A stretch of 64,000 nt of DNA, taken from contig OZ024741.1 of assembly GCA_964016885.1 (NCBI GenBank), positions 49,910,001 through 49,974,000 of the forward strand. The letters run 5' to 3'. Origin of the DNA: Eledone cirrhosa (Eukaryota). Position numbers and translations under genes: made by a program. The stretch's first letter is position 1. The number at the start of each line of letters is the position of its first letter. Positions 22,987 to 36,672 of this stretch are shown piece by piece. Below the pieces are notes generated by a model. It saw nothing but the letters and a program-made list of their open reading frames with translations. It made no database searches and was not told the origin of the DNA.

Positions 22987-25900
22987 TATAATGAAGAATG
23001 TAAGTCGTTAGATCAGAAGGCATTAAATAGACAAACTCCATTACAAGTATGTCCTTCATTTATTCTTGCTTCACACTGTGAAACTCATTTTGCCCGTATT
23101 TCCATGTATGAGATACGACAGGATATGGCGTATCGAAGAATCAACGTGTTGACGATAGCAGATTTTTTCTGGAGACTCCCTTTCTGTCTTTACTTCTGTT
23201 CTCTGGTCTAAGTAGTCCAGTAACTTGTATCGCTACGCCGAAGGTTTTGATTGGCTCACACTTCAGCCAATTTACTTCCGTAACGTTTTTCTTCCGCCGA
23301 AGGAAAATACATTTAATTACAAAGGATATATATTACTGCTACATCACCCCTTGCTTAGGCTTAAAGCCGACAGAGAAAAAAAGTTGCAAGACAGACAACT
23401 ATAATAGTAAACATATAATAAACAATATTAATTCACAGAAAAATAGATATTCATTTCACAGAAATGTCTGCGTTTTGCTGCAGAGAGAAAAAAAAAAGGG
23501 GAAAACAAAAACTGAGCAGCAGAAATAGTCCAATGTTCACATTAATTAATGCATTTAATATAAATACAAGAGAGGACAAGAACTCAAAAAGCTTGCTCTA
23601 TATAGCATAGTTCATATATACAGAGTCTTGCAAATTTTCTTGGGCCAATGTACTCGGCGACCACTACGTGTGGTGGTGACATATGTAGGTGTAGGTGGAG
23701 AAGGTGTGTGCAATATTGCATGTGTAGCATGTGTTGGCTGATGCAGAGTATATGTAGGGGGAATATGGGGCTCTTGCGTAAGAGTGTCTGTAAAGGCCCG
23801 TTTCACCCTATCAATGGACACAGTCTGTTTTTTACCCCCAATGTCCAGAGTGAACAGTGTACAGCCACCGGAAATAACATCTGTGAAATATACAGCTCCA
23901 TCTATCTGTTAGCTAGCTACCTCACCATGAAACAAACAACCTTTAGATTCACCAGAATAAAACGCCTACGCAGCGGCTAAACATCAAACGATTATTTCTG
24001 TATAAATAGAGTGGTTCCAAACACTTTCGCCAGTCGACTTTGGCAGAGTCAACTCGCGTATCGTTGTTCCTCTCCTCTGCCACGCTTGTCACTCACACAC
24101 GCCTTGTACCTTATATCGTCGCTTCATGTGAAAATAAATAGCTGATCGAAACTACATCTCTCGCCTTGCTCGTCCTTTCAACTTGTGCTTTCGTCTGTTC
24201 ATTCTTACCGTATGTGACAACAGTTCTTTTATGGGCTATCTTCAGATCTGATCAGACCGTATGCGATAACAGTCCTTCTATGGGCTATTCTCGGATCTGA
24301 TCAGAAGTAGTGACCAGACTGACTAACCACGTCGCTACAACAGTTTATCTGTGCGTGCAAGCACACGATAAGGACCGGTATAAGGCGACGTGAGAGGAGC
24401 TCTCACGCTGTCCTTCCGTAGAAAGACGTGGGTCCACGAAGCAATGTCTTTCGGGACCGAAGACTTTATTGTCTGTTGCCGAGGGTTCATAGGCCATCCG
24501 TTTAAGGTCAATATGTGAAGGTGATAACAGGGAATTGATTGGGAGGCGAGACAAGGCATTTGCCGCCGCATTCTGCTCACCGGAGATGTGTCGGATATCG
24601 CTGGTAAATTGCGAAACGAAGTCCAAATGACGAGTTTCGCGAGGTGAATATTTATCCGGCTTAGAACGCAGTGCGAACGTAAGCGGACGATGATCGGTGT
24701 AGATCGCAAATTGACGCCCTCCAGTGAATGCCGAAAGTGTTTCACTGCGAGGTACATAGCCAGGAGTTCACGGCCGAACGTACTATATCGTGTCTCTGCC
24801 GGTTTCACTAGTCTCGAGAAGTACGCGAGCGGTTGTAGTTGTTGGTGATGCTGTTGAAAAACTGCACCTAGAGCTGTGCCCGATGCATCAACAACCAGTG
24901 AAAACTGGGCACCAGACACAGGATGTGCAAGCAGTGATGTCTCCGCGAGTTTCTGCTTCACTTCATTGAAGGCTTTTAGCTGACTCGTGTCCAGTGTGAT
25001 TGATTCATTTTTCTTTTTCCTGTTACGTAACAGGTCGGATAAAGGAGACAGGAGATCCGCACAGTGTGGGATAAAATGTCTGTAGTAGTTCAGCAGACCA
25101 AGGAAATGTCGTAGCTGGTGAAGTGAAGTGGGTGGTTGAAGGTCTTGCAGAGCTTTCACTTTGTCAGGTAGTGGTGATATTCCCTCTGGGCTGATGACAT
25201 GGCCCAAGAAGACAAGTGAAGACGCACCGAAAACACATTTCGCCGGGTTAATTCGCACTTGATACTGCTGAAACCGCTCAAACAGTAGACGGAGGTGAGG
25301 TGACATGTTCCTCGGGTGAGGCACTTATCACGAGAATGTCATCAATGTAGTTATATTAGTTATATACAAAGTCAAAATCACGCACAACTTCATCCATGAA
25401 ACGCTGGAAGGTACTGGCTGCGTTTCGCAAACCGAAAGGCATAGTCAAAAATTTGAATGCTCCGAAAGGAGTTGTCACAGCCGTTTTTGGAATATCTGCT
25501 GGGTTCACTGGAATCTGGTGGTACGCCTTGACCAAATTCAATTTGGAGAATGTCTTACATCCATGAAGCGAAGACGCGAAATCTTGTATGTGTGGGATTG
25601 GGTACCGTCATCGCGTTTAACCGGCGAAAGTCCCCAGTGGGACGCCAATCACCGGAACGCTTCGGAACCAAATGCAAAGGAGCGGCCCACGGACTTGAGG
25701 ATGGGCGTATGATCCCGAGCTGCAGCATGTGGTTGAATTCAGCCTTCGCCGCTTTCAATTTCTCCGCAGGGAGGCAGCGAGGGCATGAAAACACAGGAGC
25801 ACCAGTGGTCTCAATGTAGTGTTTTGTTGAGTGGTAGGCTTACTCACCACAAAATTTATATTTTTGTCAACTCTGGGAAGGAATGTAACAGCGCTTGAAA

Positions 25901-28229
25901 AGGATCTTCTGAAGCGGCGATAAAGGAAACCGGGCTGATAGACGAGACAGTCGATCTCATACCCGGAACGGACAGTTCCGTATTCGCATCCAACAAGCGT
26001 CGTCTGCGCATATCCACTAACAGGTTATAGTGGTGCAGGAAATCCGAGCCTAGAATAGGGTAAGGCAGATCAGCGACAGTGAATATCTACGTGAAGTCTC
26101 TGCGCAATTCCAGGTTCAAAGAATGAGAAATTTGACCGTACGTGGGGATAGGTGAATGATTTACAGCTTGCAGCGAGATGGGTGAAAGTGGAGGCTTCTC
26201 TTTGAGAAGTTTTAACGGCCATATGCTGCAAGCTGCGCCTGTGTCAACCAAACAACGTGCTTGGGAATCCATGTTTGTTATAAAGAACGCACGATTATTT
26301 GGGAATCAGAGGAGACTGTGCCGTGCTCAGGCCTCCTGAAATCCGTTTCCCTGGTTGGAAAACGAACACGGTTGTTTACAAGCGTGTGCTGCTGCGCCAA
26401 AACGGCTGTGGTAGTAGCACAGTCCTGGCCTATTTGTGGGCGGCGGTGTGGCGAGGGCGAACGGCTCTGAAAGCGACGTCTGGGCGAATGACCCCTGGAG
26501 GTACTCAATTTTCTCACCTCTTTGGTGAGTTGCTCTTTGGCTTGAAGAATTGCCACCGACGCGAGCGACTGATCGGTGTGGGCGGCAGCCGCTCGAGAGA
26601 ACGAAGAGACCGCAGCCGGTAGCTGAGGTGCAACGAAGGAGGCAGGAGAGAATGAAGAGACCGCAGCTGGTGGCTGAGGTGCAATGAAGGAGACAGGAGA
26701 GAACGAAGAGACCGCAGCCGGTGGCTGAGGTGCAACATAGGAGGCAGGGTTTCCAGTGAAACTTATAATTTTGTCGACCGAAGCCGCTAGCTGGTCGACT
26801 GTGGTAGTCTCCATCATAGGCGCTAAAATCGCCTGAACACCGGGCGGCAGCCTTGAAAAGAAAAGCTGTCTAAGGAGGGCGCTGTCAGCTGGGGCGTCTT
26901 CCGCCAGCTCTCTCATGCGAGGCAGAAGCTGTGTGAGCGTCCGATCACCCAAATGTTCGTCATTGACGAGTGTCTGGAATTTCTTCTCCGCGGACAACGT
27001 GATCCACCGCAAAACCTCGTGTTTTACGCTCTCATAGGAGGCTCCAGGGGCAGGATCAGTTATTAGATTTTTAACAACCGTCGTCAATGACGCCGGGAAA
27101 GCACTCAAAAGCATGTGTAGTTGTTTGATTTCAGACGTAATGTTGTTTGCAGTAAAGTGCGACTCTATCTGTGCGAACCAAATATTGACATCGCCGGCAA
27201 ACCCTGGCAAGGGATAACAGTTAGTAATAAAGAACAGTTGACTCTGCACAGCTTTGTTACAAGGGAAAATGCAGGCGAAAAAGAATCCGAGTGGAAAAAT
27301 GAAAAAGAAAAATTATATATAAACAATGGTATTCTCTTTCGTTATCGGAGAGAAAAATGTCAAGGGGAAAAAATATATATATATATATATATTTTCTTTC
27401 TATATTTTTGAAAATAGCGTTGTCTTAAAGTCAATTTGGCGGGAAAAGAAACGAAGAAGACGGAAGTCGGACATTTTGGTATTTCCGGAAATGAAAGTCA
27501 AAAATTTTTTCTTCTTTAATATGGCGTCACCCAATCAGAATTTGGGCGGGGAAAATGAATTTTCGAAAAGATGTCCGCGCCAATATTAGAATTTAACGTG
27601 CCGTGTTTGGATTTCGAGACGGTAAAAAAAATAATAATTATATCAAAACTCATGCTGTCGCGTACATTTCCCAAGAAATCCAAATGAATTTTTTTTGTTT
27701 ATTGACTTCGGTAGAGCTGTTGGTATCGCACGTGTTTTTCAGAGAGAAAAAAAATGTTGCTGTTCATGATTTTCTTGTTATCGGTTCTATTTTTTTTGTA
27801 TAGGGTAAATCCATATCACCATCTATTTTTAAGGCAACTGGTGTGTCATGTTGATCACGTCGGGGTCACCATTTATAATGAAGAATGTAAGTTGTTAGAT
27901 CAGAAGGCATTAAGTAGACAAACTCCATTACAAGTATGTCCTTCATTTATTCTTGCTTCACACTGTGAAAATCATTTTGCCTGTATTTCCATGTGTGAGA
28001 TACGACAGGATATGGCGTTCCGAAGAATCGACGTGTTGACGATAGCAGATTTTTCTGGAGACTCCCTTTCTGTCTTTACTTCCGTTCTCTGGTCTAAGTA
28101 GTCCAGTAACTTGTATCACTACGCCGAAGGTTTTGATTGGCTCACACTTCAGCCAATTTACTTCTGTAACGTTTTTCTTCCGCCGAAGGAAAATACATTT
28201 AATTACGAAGGATATATATTACTGCTACA
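22987..28229 (-). mobile_element. Decayed CsRn1-like Gypsy element (Gypsy-2) with frameshifts, integrase deletion and solo-LTR insertion
   Basis: LTRs at 22987-23343 and 27874-28229, TSD ACAC, tRNA-Trp PBS, and gag/pol remnants homologous to Gypsy-1. Confidence 0.95.
23858..24339. mobile_element. Solo LTR inside Gypsy-2
   Basis: TGTA...TACA termini with 4-bp TSD ACAG (23854-23857 and 24340-24343). Removing it restores colinearity with Gypsy-1. Confidence 0.88.
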
Positions 28230-29164
28230 ACACCATATTGACAAGAAGGATGCTCACATTGTATCCGAGTGTAAACACCTAGCCCAGACTTACTATAAAG
28301 GCTGGAGACATGATATGATAGGAAAGGTATTCACTGGCACCTATGCAAACTAAACAATTTACCACATTCTGAGAACTGGTATGAGCATAAGCCAGAGTCG
28401 GTGATCCAGTGAAGGTACTATGGGATTTCAGGATACAGACGGACAAGAAATTAGAACACAATAGGCCTGACCTGGTGGGTTTTGACAAGAAAAAAGATCA
28501 TGCCTGATTGTAGATGTAGCCTGCCCATTTGACACGAGAGTGCAAGAAAAAGAGAAGGAGAAAATTAACCGATACCAGGATTTAAAGTAGGAGTTAAAAA
28601 GGATTTGGGACTGTCATGAGATCAAGGTCATCCCGATTGTCATAGGAGCACTAGGTATTATCTCAAAGAGTTTTCAAGGATGGTTAAAGAAGATTAGCCC
28701 AGCCCCGTTTTTTGGAACACTTCAAAGGGCATGCTTGCTGGGAACAGCAAAAACCCTTCGATACGTCCTGAATATCTAAGTCTACAGGTAGCAGCTTGAT
28801 GTTCATTTGAACAAACTTTCCAATTAAATAACATCAATGACTGAGATTCAAAGAATAATAATAATAGTAATAATAATAATAAGACTGCTCATACACAAGG
28901 TGCACAGAGCTGTGCTCGGTAAAACAGTAATGATGCGCAATAAAAATAATGATGGAAATGATAAGAAGAAGAACTGAAAGTATCGTTGTTGAGAAGAAGT
29001 TAAAGAAACATTTATCTAGAACTAATACAAATGTCTTGGACATTATTTTGGTAATGGATTGTAGCGTTATTTAGTGTCATTTTGAAAATTATTGAAGTTA
29101 ATGAACTTACATTATTTCATAACTGGAAGTATCGTTGTTAAGAAGTTAAAGAAAAATCAATAAC

Positions 29165-32100
29165 AAGTGCCAGTAGTAGGGAATGGGGGAACTTTAATGG
29201 GACTCCATGCCCTGCTAATATTGGACTGGTGTCTGACACATCATTGGACCATGAATCCCACTGGCGCATAAGCTAGACCCATACTAGGGTCAGCGGCTAT
29301 GGGAGAGTACCCAGACAGAAAATTAACCCCTTAACAACTTGATGATACAAACAAGAAATAAATCATACCGCATCGGTCATCACATGGATAACCAAGGACC
29401 GTGTCCCTCGGTGAGGAACCACACCGAGGTCTAAAAATCAGCAAATGGAACAACTCTCTCCTATACACAGTGACCTCATACTGAGGACAGACCTCACAAT
29501 GAGCCACAGAGTGACAACACCAAGGTACTTTCTAAAAAAGCCACGACAAGCATGGACCAGAGAAGAGACATTATGAGGAGCAAAAGACTCACTGAATCAG
29601 AACTGGAAACCATCAAAACAGAGATAAGTGAGCAACATAACAACCCCAATCAAGAAGGAGACCTGCATACAACAGAAGCAGGAGACAGTGAGAGTATTAC
29701 TGAACCTCCCTGAACATGAACATGTAGGTGATGGCTCACTGGTTGATGCTGCTGTCTGGATAATGAAGGAATATATTCTGTGGGAGTGGGAGATTCTGAA
29801 AATGCAGGACTTGATAGATTGGACAAAACTTCAGAAAATGCCCAAAGTCATGCATCAACTAATTGGAAATCCCTGCTTGCACCCAGGAATGGAATGAGAT
29901 CACCTCACAAGAAATAAAAACAGCAGTCAGCAATGTTGAAAACTGGAAATCACTGAGCAGAGATGGCTTACAGAATTTCTGGTTGAAACATCTGGATGTG
30001 CTCCATAAAGCCTTGGCTGCTGAATTCTCCAGGATTGTAGCAAACCCAAGAGAGGTCCCAAACTGCATGACAACTGGCATAACATATCTTCTACCGAAGA
30101 ATAAATGCACAAAAAATCATAAAAACTATAGACCAATTACATGTCTCCCAACAATTTACAAAGCCCTCACATCAGTGATTACCAACAATTACCTCATCTG
30201 TGGAGAACTATTGCCACCTGAACAAAAAGGCTGATAAATAGACTCATAATGAAAAACTGGAAACAGAAAAAAAAAACCTGTCAATGGCCTGGATAGACTA
30301 CAAGAAGGCATTTGACAGCGTACCTCATACATGGATCATAAAGACACTAGAAATGTATCACATAGCACCAGAGATAACAACTTTCCTGAAGGCAATGATG
30401 ACAAACTGGAAAACTATGATGGTCCTTCAACACCACAACGGATCACTGGAATCTAGACAAATCAAGATTAATCGTGGAATATTCTAACGCGACTCATTGT
30501 ACCCTTTGCTGTTCTGTGTGTCACTTGCTCTGTTAAGTCAGTTACTGCGGAGGACAGGATATGGATATAAAATAGACAACATACACTACAGTCACCTTCT
30601 TTATATGGATGATATCAAGGTATTTGGAAACAATGATGGGCAGCTGGAAGGTTTATTGCACACAGTGGAACAATTCAGTGATGACATCCATATGGAATTT
30701 GGACTGGACAAGTATGAAAAAAGCCACATTCAAGAGAAGGTTGCTCTCTAACCATAAAGATATTGTCATAGACCAACAAACCACCATTATGGAACTTCAC
30801 AATGAAGAGTTCTACAAATATCTTGGAGTTAATGAAGAAGATGGAATCCAGCATGCAAGTATGAAGGAAAAGATATGGAAGGAGTACATAAGGAGAGTGA
30901 GACTGGTAACAAAAGGTGAGCTAAACTCCTGCAACAAGTTCAAAGCCATTAACACTTTAGCAGTACCAGTAGTAACATACAGCTTTAACATCACAAACTG
31001 GAACCTGCAAGAACTATAAAAGATGGATAAAAGACTATTGACAACAAAAAAAATGCACCACCCTAAAGCCAATGTACATAGGCTGTATATCTCAAGGAGA
31101 GAACGTGGATGGGGGGCTCCTACAACTGGAAGCTGCATACAAAACAGCAACCATTGGATTGGTTAGCTACCTCCACCACACCCTAGATGAACTTCTTAAG
31201 CCTGTACTCAAACATGAATGAATAAAGAAACTACACTCAATAACAAAAGAGGCAAGGAAATTTAGGGAAAAACTGAACATGGAACAAGACATACCCATAG
31301 AAAATCAACAACAGAGTGCTGCACAGTTAGCTATGACTGTGAAGATCAAAGCAAAGATACTCCAAACAGAGAAACTAAACCATGAATGGAAGGCAAAACC
31401 ACTACATGGTAGTTCCCAGAATGATTTTCTGTCAATGATATTGATCAGCATGGCTCACTACCCTGGCTCAGAAGTGCTGGTTTGAAAGCAGAGACTGAGG
31501 GACTCTTAGTTGCTGCACAAGACCAATCTCTAAACACTCAGGCCTATAGACACAGAATAGTGAAAGATGGGACTAGTCCTCTATGCAAAATATTCTACAA
31601 ATATGAAGAAACGGTAGATTATGTTATCTCCGGGTGTCCAGAGCTGGCAAAAACTGACTTTATAGAAAGATTAAACCTCCTTCCCAAATATGTGCACTGG
31701 ATGCTCTGCCACTCTCAAGACATCCAAACTTCTGACAAATGGTATGAAAATCAACCAAAAACATTCATTGAAAAGGGCAACATATCCATCTTGTGGGATA
31801 TGCCTGTGATAACTGACCAAGAAATCGCTGCCAACAGACCAGATATCATCATAAAAAAAAAAAAACAGATCAGGCATGTAGCCTTACAGATATTTTCGTA
31901 CCAGCCAACAACTATTCATCTATAAAAACAATGAAAAAACTGTCAAAATAGAAAGACCAGGAAATAGAGATCAACCACATGTGGAGGATGACTCTGTGGT
32001 AATAAGAACATTAGGATTAATACCCAAATCATCAGGCCTGTACCTTAGCATCCTTCCCTAGAAGATCAGCAAATATGAGCTACAGAAGATTGGGCTGCTA

Positions 32101-32228
32101 GGAACAGCACACATTCTCAGACAAGTTCTCTCTTTACAATGAAAACCTCTATTGCCCTTGGTTCAATGCCTGAACCCGGCAATACAGAAACAGAACTGAT
32201 CTAAACGGAGTAACACAATAATAATAAT
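29165..32228 (+). mobile_element. Second, degenerate R4/Dong-like LINE family
   Basis: Motifs NYRPITCLPT, MAWIDYKKAFDSVPH, LLYMDDIK, AAQDQSL and ANRPDII. Ends in a (TAA)n tail. Confidence 0.88.
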
Positions 32229-35200
32229 CATTTCTACTATAGACACAAGGCCAGAAATAATCCCAGTGCATTACTGGTGCATTATTTTATTGACCCCACA
32301 AGGATGAAAGGCAAAGCTAACCTGGATTTGAACTCAGAACATAAAGGGCCATAACTCTGTGCTGCAAAGCATGGTGTCTGACGCTCTACCAATACTGCCA
32401 ATCCACTGCCCTAATAATAATAATAATAATTCACTAGGGCAATTATTCCGGTTGAATAACATCAATGACTGAGACATCATGTAATAATTGTATCTACTTT
32501 GAGCACAAGGCCAGCAATTACCCCCAGTGCATTACTGGTACTTTATTTTATCAACTCCATAAGGATGAAAGGCAAAGTTAACTTCGGCAGGATTTGAACT
32601 CAGAATGTAAAAGGCCATAACTCTATGTTCCAAAGCATGGTGTCTGACCCTCAATGATGATAATAATTGTTTCTACTTTTGGCACAAGGCCAGCAATTAC
32701 CCAGTACATTACTGGTACTTTATTTTATCGACCCCGTAAGGATGAAAGGCAAAGTTAACCTCGGCGGAATTTGAACTCAGATCATAAAGGGACGTAACTC
32801 TATGCTTCAAAGCATGGTGTCCGACTCTCTACCGATACTGCCAAAATAATGTTTTCTTTATTAACCACAAAGTGTTTACATGAAGAAAACCATTATGACA
32901 GTGCAGGAGGAAAACATAGTGTGTGTGTGTTGGTGTGTGGATTTTGTGTCTAAATAAATTTTAACAATGTTCAAAAGATAATAAAAATTAAAAGAAAGGG
33001 GGTTCTTCAATAGGGAGGGGACATTCAAGGGTCACTAGTGGAAAAATACCCATAAAACCACAGGTGCCCTGATCTCTAGGGTATGTGCCCCATCCCAGTT
33101 GTTCTCCTCTAATCTACAGGCTCACACTCAGAGCAGGCACATTCACTCGGGTCATGCTTGCCTCTCTCCCCCCACCCTTCAACAAGTTGCTTTGATGGCA
33201 GCACTCCCCTCTCACCCTGATTTTCCTCTTCAAGTGAAACTTGAAGAAGTTGATCAGGGCTTCAACCCTTTCAAGCATGTCCACCATTCAAACTTTTTTG
33301 CTAAGGCGACAAGACAGAAAAAAACAGCCTGCCCTTCTTCACTAAAGGGTGGTGGCAGGATAGTCTTCTATAATAATAATAATAATAATTAATGTTTCTA
33401 CTTTTGGCACAAGGCCAGCAATTACCCAGTACATTACTGGTACTTTATTTTATCGACCCCGTAAGGATGAAAGGCAAAGTTAACCTCAACGGGATTTGAA
33501 CTCAGACCGTAAAGGGACGTAACTATGCTAGAAAGCATGGCGTCCAGCCTTCTACCAATACTGCCAATTCACCGCCCATTAATAATAATAATAATGGAGG
33601 CACATGGCTTAGTGGTTAGAGCATTGGCCTTGCAATCGAAAGGCTGTGAGTTCAATTCTCAGACAGGGTGATGTGTTGTTTCCTTGAGCAAGACACTTTA
33701 TTTCACGTTGCTCCAGTTTACTCAGCTGTAGAAATGAGATGATAGGGACTGGGGTCCATATCACTCCACTGCAAAGTGGTCGTGGAGGTGCCACGGCAAA
33801 AAAGCACCCAGCACTCACTGTAAATGAGGTTGGTGTTAGGAAGGGCATCCAGCTGTAGAAATCAAGCCAGAATCAGTTCCCGTCCCACCCTTGCAAGCAG
33901 GGAAAAATCAGACGTAAAATGAAATGATGATGATGATGATGATGAATAATAATGCTTTCTTTATTAACCACAAGGGTTTACACAAAGTAAGACATTAAGG
34001 ACAGTACAGGACAATACAGGACAATACAGGACAATACAGGACGGTACAAATGAGCATTTCTGCATGTAAAAAAAACAAAAACAGAGGATGTAACAAAAAA
34101 AGAACAATGAAAAATTCCCCAATAGTGGGGAGACTTCTGAGGGCCATCGGGTAGAAAGCCCATTAAAAAAAGCCACGGTGACCCTGACCACCAGGGCAAG
34201 TGCCCTCTCCCAGTTTTCAACCTTCAATTTACAGGCACATACTCAGAGTAGGCCCATTCACTCGGGTCATTCTTGCCTCTCTCACCCATCTTTCAACAAA
34301 ATGCTGAGAAGAGAGCACTTCCCTCTTTACCCTGATTTTCCTTTTCAAATGAAATTTGAAAAAGTTAATCAGGGCATCACCGAAGAGGTAAGTGCTCGTC
34401 TTCAGCCTTTTCAGACGCGTCCACCATAGTATCTCTTTCGCCATGGCACCAGACAGATAAAAACTGCCTGCCCTTCCTGGCTAAAGGAAGAGGGCGAGGC
34501 AATCCTGACGATGGACTCAGCTGATAGCCAGATCCATTCTACACGCGACAGCAGGTGTTCGACATAAACCCACAAGTCAGCAATGCTCGGACACTGGACG
34601 ACTGCGTGCAGGATGGTTTCATCGCCCTGCGCGCAGCTCGGACATGCCTGGCTGACGGCACTTCCATGCCTGTAGAGTTTATCTCGAACTGGCAAAGCTC
34701 CTCGGTAGCACTGCCAAGCTAGGGATTTCTGGAAATTGTCCATAGGCCCCAGTCCGAATTTCTTTGTTGACCACAAGGGCTGATGTATAGGGGACAATAC
34801 AAAAATGGGGACAGTGGGGGCTAACAATAAAATTGAGTAAAAACAAATTAACGAATAACAATAAACAAAAGAATTACAACAATGAAAATTCCCCAGAGGG
34901 GGGAGGACCACTCAGGGCCAACTCAAGAACCCCACCAGTCCTGAACCATACAATGCTCCAAATCAGCCAGCCTACAGGCGTATTGTCAGAGTAGGCCCAT
35001 TCAAATAGGCCATCCTTGCAACATTCACACACCTTTCAGCAAATATACTGGAGAGGGCAGCACTTCCCTCTCCACCCTCACCTTCCTTTCCAAGTGAAAT
35101 TTGAAAATGTTAAGGGATTGGCTGAAGAGAAAAGTATCTGTTTTCAGTCCTTTCAGCCTCTTCCACTACCACCACCAGACAGGAAAACTGCCTGCCCTTC

Positions 35201-35790
35201 ATGGCCAAAAGAAGGTTTTACATAAACCCACAAGTCAGCAAAATCTGAACATTGGTCAAGTGCATGAAGGATGGTTTCATCACCCATCATGCATCTCAGA
35301 CAGGCCCAGCTACTGGCACTTCTATGCCTGTAGAGTTTATCTCGAACGTTGTCACTTTTACTCACCACTGACCCACTATAGAATCCCAAGTTTTCACCGA
35401 TCTTACTGCCCATTGATAGCAGGCTGTGAGCACTTAAAAACATACTAGTTTTCATGTGCTCTTTTTTGGTCTTTGCTTGACACAGGTTTGCAGCTCTGTC
35501 AAGGAAATGAGCTGGGGAAATATGATTAGTGAATGGTGATCATACCTGTTCACCATCAAGGAAAAGATGGAGATGCTGTTGCTCAGTGCATATTTTCACA
35601 TCATCAACCACAGAATGCCCAGTCCTTCATGCAGCAGGTGTTGACAGCAGATGGATTGCCTGACCATTGGAATGTGTCCCTTCCAAAAGAGTTGAAAACC
35701 ACAGAAAAAGAGAAGACACCAAGATGGTGGCACCATGAATGTGATCAGAAAAACACACAGGGTTTGCCACATATATATTTTTTTCTTGGG
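32229..35790 (-). mobile_element. Stack of Nin-type SINEs (about 32229, 32485, 32665, 33392) and 5'-truncated Tx1 3' ends (about 32851, 33954, 34760), plus one plus-strand CORE SINE (33596-33945)
   Basis: Repeated SINE cores. 33954-34757 is highly similar to 57580-58370. Most units are separated by (AAT)n. Confidence 0.85.
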
Positions 35791-36300
35791 ATGAAGTAAT
35801 AAAAGCTGACCTTGCACAATTACACCTCACCAAGGCAATGACACAGGACTGCGACCTCTGGCGCTATGCAGTATTACAGAAGACCTACCCTCTATTATTC
35901 TCGGCCTGAGGCTTATACCTAGTAGGCAACAACTTCCTCAACCTTCATACACCTCCCTTTGCGGTAACCATCCCTCCCTTATTACCTACGTCCACAATTT
36001 CCCCAAGCTTCCTCCCTAGTTTCAAGACAAAAGTGCCTAGTCCCCACTGTGAAGTGGTTGTGTCGGTGACATGACAAAAAGTGCCAAGTCCACACTGTAA
36101 TGTGGTTGTGTAGGTGACATGACAAAAAGCACCCAGCACACACTGTAAATGTGGTTGACGTTAGGAAGGGCATCCAGCTGTAGAAACCAAGCCAAAATAT
36201 GCCCCAGGTGAGCTAAACATGATCCTCTGACCTGATTCTCTCCCTAAGTATCAACTCGTCCTACCCATGCTAGCGTGGAAGATGGACATTAAGCAATAAT

Positions 36301-36485
36301 TGTTTCTACTTTAGGCACAAGGCCAGCAAATTACCCAGTGCATTACTGGTACTATATTTTATCGACCCCGTAAGGATGAAAGGCAAAGTCAACCTCGGCG
36401 GGATTTGAACACAAATCGTAAAGGGACGTAACTATGCTGGAAAGCATGGCGTCCAACCCTCTACCGATACTGCCAATCCACCGCC
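36301..36485 (-). mobile_element. Nin-type tRNA SINE
   Basis: 18-bp TSD TGGACATTAAGCAATAAT at 36283-36300 and 36488-36505. Confidence 0.88.
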
Positions 36486-36672
36486 TTTGGACATTAAGCA
36501 ATAATGATGATATTAGTGTATGTGTATGTGCGCGTGTGTATAGGGAATGCATGTGAAATACAATGTCATTGTGATAGAGTCACAAATTATAAACTACTAC
36601 TTTAAGAATAATTTCTCTTTTAGACACATAATTTGGGGAAGTTAGTTATATCAACCCCAGTACTTTATAGCT

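Larger units (their letters stand above)
15487..28881 (+). mobile_element. 5'-truncated R4/Dong-like non-LTR element (RT and restriction-like endonuclease), split by two Gypsy elements and a SINE
   Basis: Pieces 15487-16102, 21805-22986 and 28234-28881 rejoin at the TSDs. Motifs include PITCL, WIDYKKAFDMVPH, QGDSLSPLLF, LFMDDLKL, NRPDLV, DVACPFD and IPIVIGALG. (TAA)n occurs at both ends. Confidence 0.9.
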
